Below the pieces are notes generated by a model. That model was given only the letters and a program-made list of their open reading frames with translations. It was not told the origin of the DNA and searched no databases. Shown piece after piece: positions 15,950 through 19,077 of a stretch of 19,077 bases of DNA. The position numbers were made by a program, and so were the translations under genes. Location of the stretch: contig JBBQPO010000101.1 of the NCBI GenBank assembly GCA_038217285.1, positions 1-19,077 of the forward strand, written 5' to 3'. The stretch is from Chthonomonadales bacterium. GTDB lineage: Bacteria; Armatimonadota; Chthonomonadetes; Chthonomonadales; Chthonomonadaceae. How positions within the stretch are numbered: position 1 is the stretch's first letter; each line of letters begins with the position of its first letter.

Positions 15950-16837
15950 TCAATCTTTTATCCCGCTCAGGGCGATGCCTTGAATGATATTGCGTTGAAA
16001 CAGCAGAAAGGCCACGATGACAGGAAGCGTGCAGAGCACGCTGGCGGCCAGCGTCAGGCCGTACTCTGCGTAGTAAGAGGTCTGAAACAGCGCGATCCCG
16101 ACCGGCAGCGTGTACTTGTCCACCGAGTCGAGATAGACCAGCGGCCCGAGGAAATCGTTCCAGGAGCCGATGAAGGTGAAGATGCCCAGGGTGGCGAGCG
16201 CAGGTCTGGAGAGCGGGAGCAGGATATGCCAGAAGATCCCCCAGCGCGAACAGCCGTCGATAGCCGCGGCCTCTTCCAACTCTTTCGGGAGGCTGATGAA
16301 GAACTGATGCAGCAGGAACACCCCGAACGCCCCCGCGCCCGCCGGAATGATCAGCGCGGTCGGCGTGTCCAGCCAGCCCAGCCGATTCAGGATCAGGTAG
16401 ACCGGAACCAGCAGGATCTGGCCGGGAACCATCATCGTCGCGACAACGGCGCCGAAGACCCATTTTTTTCCCGGCAGATCCAGCCGGGCGAAGGCGTACG
16501 CGGCCAGAGAATCGACCGTCAGGACCAGCAGCGTCGCCGCCGAGGAGATAAACAGGCTGTTGCCGAACCAGCGCACGATCGGAATCTCTTCCGGGCTACC
16601 CAGAATAGCGCGGAAGTTTGCCAGGGTGGTCGTGCGTGGCAGCAGGCCGTGGAAGCGCACGATCTCCGAGTCCGGTTTGAAAGCCGTGATGAGAATCAAC
16701 ACCATGGGAAAGACGAACAAGAGCGCCCCCAGGGCCACCAGCCCTTCATAGAGCCACAGTTGCCGCCTCGCGCCCGCATGGTTCCCTGCCCCATTCGCTT
16801 TCTTCGACGCGTGATTTTGCGGATCATCTGTCAGCAT
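15950..16837 (-). CDS. Carbohydrate ABC transporter permease (MalG-like)
   Basis: EAA motif LPKELEEAAAIDGCS, plus AAYAFARL and FIGSWNDFLGPL. TGATG coupling to the upstream permease gives a start at 16837. Confidence 0.93.
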   Translation of the reverse strand: MLTDDPQNHASKKANGAGNHAGARRQLWLYEGLVALGALLFVFPMVLILITAFKPDSEIVRFHGLLPRTTTLANFRAILGSPEEIPIVRWFGNSLFISSAATLLVLTVDSLAAYAFARLDLPGKKWVFGAVVATMMVPGQILLVPVYLILNRLGWLDTPTALIIPAGAGAFGVFLLHQFFISLPKELEEAAAIDGCSRWGIFWHILLPLSRPALATLGIFTFIGSWNDFLGPLVYLDSVDKYTLPVGIALFQTSYYAEYGLTLAASVLCTLPVIVAFLLFQRNIIQGIALSGIKD

Positions 16838-17709
16838 CACCGCTCCCTCATCAGGCGGAACTGCGCCAGGGAAAAGACCGCGATCACCAGAAACAGCAGC
16901 CAGCTTAACGCCGCCGCGTACCCCATCCGGTAGTTGTTGAAGGCAGTCTCGTAGATATACTGGACCAGCGAGCGGGTGCTCATCTCCGGCCCGCCACGCG
17001 TGATCATAAAGGTCTGTCCGAACACCTGAAAGGCTCCGATGACGTTGATGACCACGACGAACAGCAGCACAGGGCGCAGCAGCGGCAGGGTTATGTGGCG
17101 GAAGCTCTTCCAGCCCGTCGCGCCATCCAGCGCCGCCGCCTCGTGGTATTGCGGGGGGATGTTCTGCAGCCCCGCCAGCAGCACCACCATCGGCCCGCCC
17201 ACGGTCCACCAGAGGGTCATCAGAACGATGGAGATCATGGCCCAGTGCGTATCCGTCAGCCAGGGAACCTTGATTCCAAAGCGGCCCAGATAGGCGTTGA
17301 ACAGCCCGAACTCGCTGTTATAGAACCACCGCCAGAGGATGCCGGCCACACTGATGGTGAGGATAGTAGGCGTAAAGTAGGCGGCGCGATAGAAGGCCTG
17401 CCGTCGGCCGGGCAGCGACTTCAGCCCAACCGCGATCAGCAGGGCGAGGCAGACCGTGAGCGGAACCGCGAGCGCCACAAACTTGAACGTCGCGACCAGC
17501 GATTTCCAGAAGTAGGGGTCGCGGACGGCTTCGGCGTAGTTCCCCAGGCCGGCGAACCGCGGCTGAAGCCGCGAGAGCATCTCCCAGCGGAACAGGCTCA
17601 AGCGGAGCCCATACAGCAGCGGAAGGACGATAAACATCCCGAACAGCGTCAGGTAGGGCAACGCGTAGAGGTAGCCGGACCAGCGGCGCAGCAGACGGCT
17701 GCGGGTCAT
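16837..17709 (-). CDS. Carbohydrate ABC transporter permease (MalF/UgpA-like)
   Basis: EAA motif LAGLQNIPPQYHEAAALDGA, plus ITLPLLRP, FQVFGQTFMITRGGP and MGYAAALS. Confidence 0.93.
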   Translation of the reverse strand: MTRSRLLRRWSGYLYALPYLTLFGMFIVLPLLYGLRLSLFRWEMLSRLQPRFAGLGNYAEAVRDPYFWKSLVATFKFVALAVPLTVCLALLIAVGLKSLPGRRQAFYRAAYFTPTILTISVAGILWRWFYNSEFGLFNAYLGRFGIKVPWLTDTHWAMISIVLMTLWWTVGGPMVVLLAGLQNIPPQYHEAAALDGATGWKSFRHITLPLLRPVLLFVVVINVIGAFQVFGQTFMITRGGPEMSTRSLVQYIYETAFNNYRMGYAAALSWLLFLVIAVFSLAQFRLMRER

Positions 17710-19004
17710 AGCTCTCCTCCCGACCCGGCGTTACGCTCGCGCGCCAGGATCGTGTTGATGTTGGCGGTCGCCATGTCCAGCGCCTCCTGCGGCGTGGCGC
17801 TCCCCCGCAGCGCCTTCTCGACGGCGTTGTTGAACTCCGTTTGGTACTCGAAGATGAAAGGCAGTCGCGGCAGGTAGACGACATAGGGTATCTCACGGGC
17901 GAACGCGGACTGCACGGCCATCGCCTTAAACCTGGGCGTCTCGCGCAGGCTCTTGCGGACCGGTATCTGGCCACCGGCGGCCCAATCCAGGCTGTTGTCC
18001 GAGAGGAACTTGATGAAGCGCCAGGAGGCCTGCAGTTCCGGTCCCTGGAGATCGCCGCGCAGACAGAGGTTATGCGAACCGGCCCAGACCGCCCGGTGCT
18101 CTCCCACGTCCGGCGCGGGCGCGCCGCCGAAGTCGAGGTCCTGCTGCTTCTGCAGATCGGCCAGCATATAGATTCCTTCGAACACCATGCCGATTTTGCC
18201 CTGTCGAAAGCCGATCCAGGCGTCGTAGTTCTCCGGCGGCGGGGCGTACTTGTATTTTCGGATCAGATCCACGCAGAACTGAAGCGCAGCGACGTTGCGC
18301 GGGCCGTTCATGATGCAGTGCGCGTAGTCCGGCGTGAAGAACTCGCCGCCGAACTGCAGCATAAAGCTGTAGACGTTCGATTCGAAGTTGGTGAAGACAA
18401 AGCCCCACTGATCGGGCTTTCCGCCCGACGCGGGACGCGTCAGTTTCCGCAGGGCCTCTAAAAACTCGGCGCGGTCCGCGGGCGGCTTCGGCTCTCCGCG
18501 CGCATCCACGATTCCGGCCTCGCGGAACAGGCGACGGTTGTAGTACATGCCCATCGGCCAGATGTCGAGCGGCGCTCCGTAGTGTTTGCCAGCAACGGCA
18601 ACCCCCTGCCAGATATTGGCGTCGATGTCGCGCACGTCGATGCCGTTAGGCTGCGCGCATAGATCGTCCACGCCGCGCACGAAGCCGGATTTGGCAAAAC
18701 GGGGAATGGCCAGCGTCTGCAGCACGAAGACCTCCGGCGCGCGTCCGCCGAGTCCCGCCACGAACAGCTTATTGTAGTAGGTCGCCCAGTCCATGCGCTG
18801 CATCAGCACATCGACATCGGGGTTCTCCTGGTTGAAGCGTTTGACCAGGCGTAACATGGTACGACCGTCCGGCCCGGTGAACCCGTTCCAGAAGCGGACC
18901 GTGACCACCCGCCTGCTGCCCGGCCGGCATCCTGTAAAAGAGGAAGTCAGCAGTGCCGACGCCATCAGGAGTAGTATAAGCGACGTTTTATGAAGAGTAT
19001 GCAT
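17706..19004 (-). CDS. Carbohydrate ABC transporter substrate-binding lipoprotein
   Basis: Signal peptide with lipobox-like FTGC; motifs FWNGFTGPDG, FNQENPDVDV and MYYNRRLFREAG. ATG at 19004 after GAGAGGG; ATGA overlap with the permease. Confidence 0.92.
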   Translation of the reverse strand: MHTLHKTSLILLLMASALLTSSFTGCRPGSRRVVTVRFWNGFTGPDGRTMLRLVKRFNQENPDVDVLMQRMDWATYYNKLFVAGLGGRAPEVFVLQTLAIPRFAKSGFVRGVDDLCAQPNGIDVRDIDANIWQGVAVAGKHYGAPLDIWPMGMYYNRRLFREAGIVDARGEPKPPADRAEFLEALRKLTRPASGGKPDQWGFVFTNFESNVYSFMLQFGGEFFTPDYAHCIMNGPRNVAALQFCVDLIRKYKYAPPPENYDAWIGFRQGKIGMVFEGIYMLADLQKQQDLDFGGAPAPDVGEHRAVWAGSHNLCLRGDLQGPELQASWRFIKFLSDNSLDWAAGGQIPVRKSLRETPRFKAMAVQSAFAREIPYVVYLPRLPFIFEYQTEFNNAVEKALRGSATPQEALDMATANINTILARERNAGSGGEL

Positions 19005-19077
19005 CAGCGCCCTCTCGAACATTCGCTGTTGAACCGCTATTATCCTTCGCATGTTGGCGTGTGAATCGAGTTGCTCA

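Noticed and set aside
15870-18461. Overlapping or antisense ORFs in the ABC operon, and the extension of the MalG-like ORF to 17209
   Set aside because: Shadow frames of well-supported genes. The coupled start is at 16837.
1-19077. CRISPR array, tRNA/rRNA, intact transposase or integrase
   Set aside because: No regularly spaced repeats, RNA gene signatures or recombinase motifs were seen by eye.

Overview
Bacterial window, mostly GC-rich, with a visibly more AT-rich accessory block at about 12.45-15.9 kb. From left to right: (1) a candidate AhpC/TSA-type redoxin selenoprotein (621-1115, UxxC, in-frame TGA at 765-767 followed by a SECIS-like hairpin), which the ORF track splits; (2) a partial phosphonate cluster (PhnZ-like HD oxygenase, truncated PhnX-like HAD, GlpT/UhpC-type MFS transporter); (3) glutamate dehydrogenase; (4) small accessory genes (a membrane protein, DUF1810, a small conserved protein); (5) an RsbQ hydrolase plus PAS/HisKA_2 kinase pair; (6) a large putative (alpha/alpha)6 glycoside hydrolase; (7) an accessory block with a HEPN-motif protein and an ABC/AAA ATPase plus TOPRIM-like (DUF3226-like) pair, interleaved with two diverged remnants of the same 3' segment of a hydroxypyruvate isomerase (hyi) gene and a REPIN-like element; (8) a CUT1 sugar ABC transporter operon. 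The best leads are the hyi-remnant-punctuated candidate defence hotspot and the hidden selenoprotein. Family assignments come from motif recognition by eye; no database searches were run.
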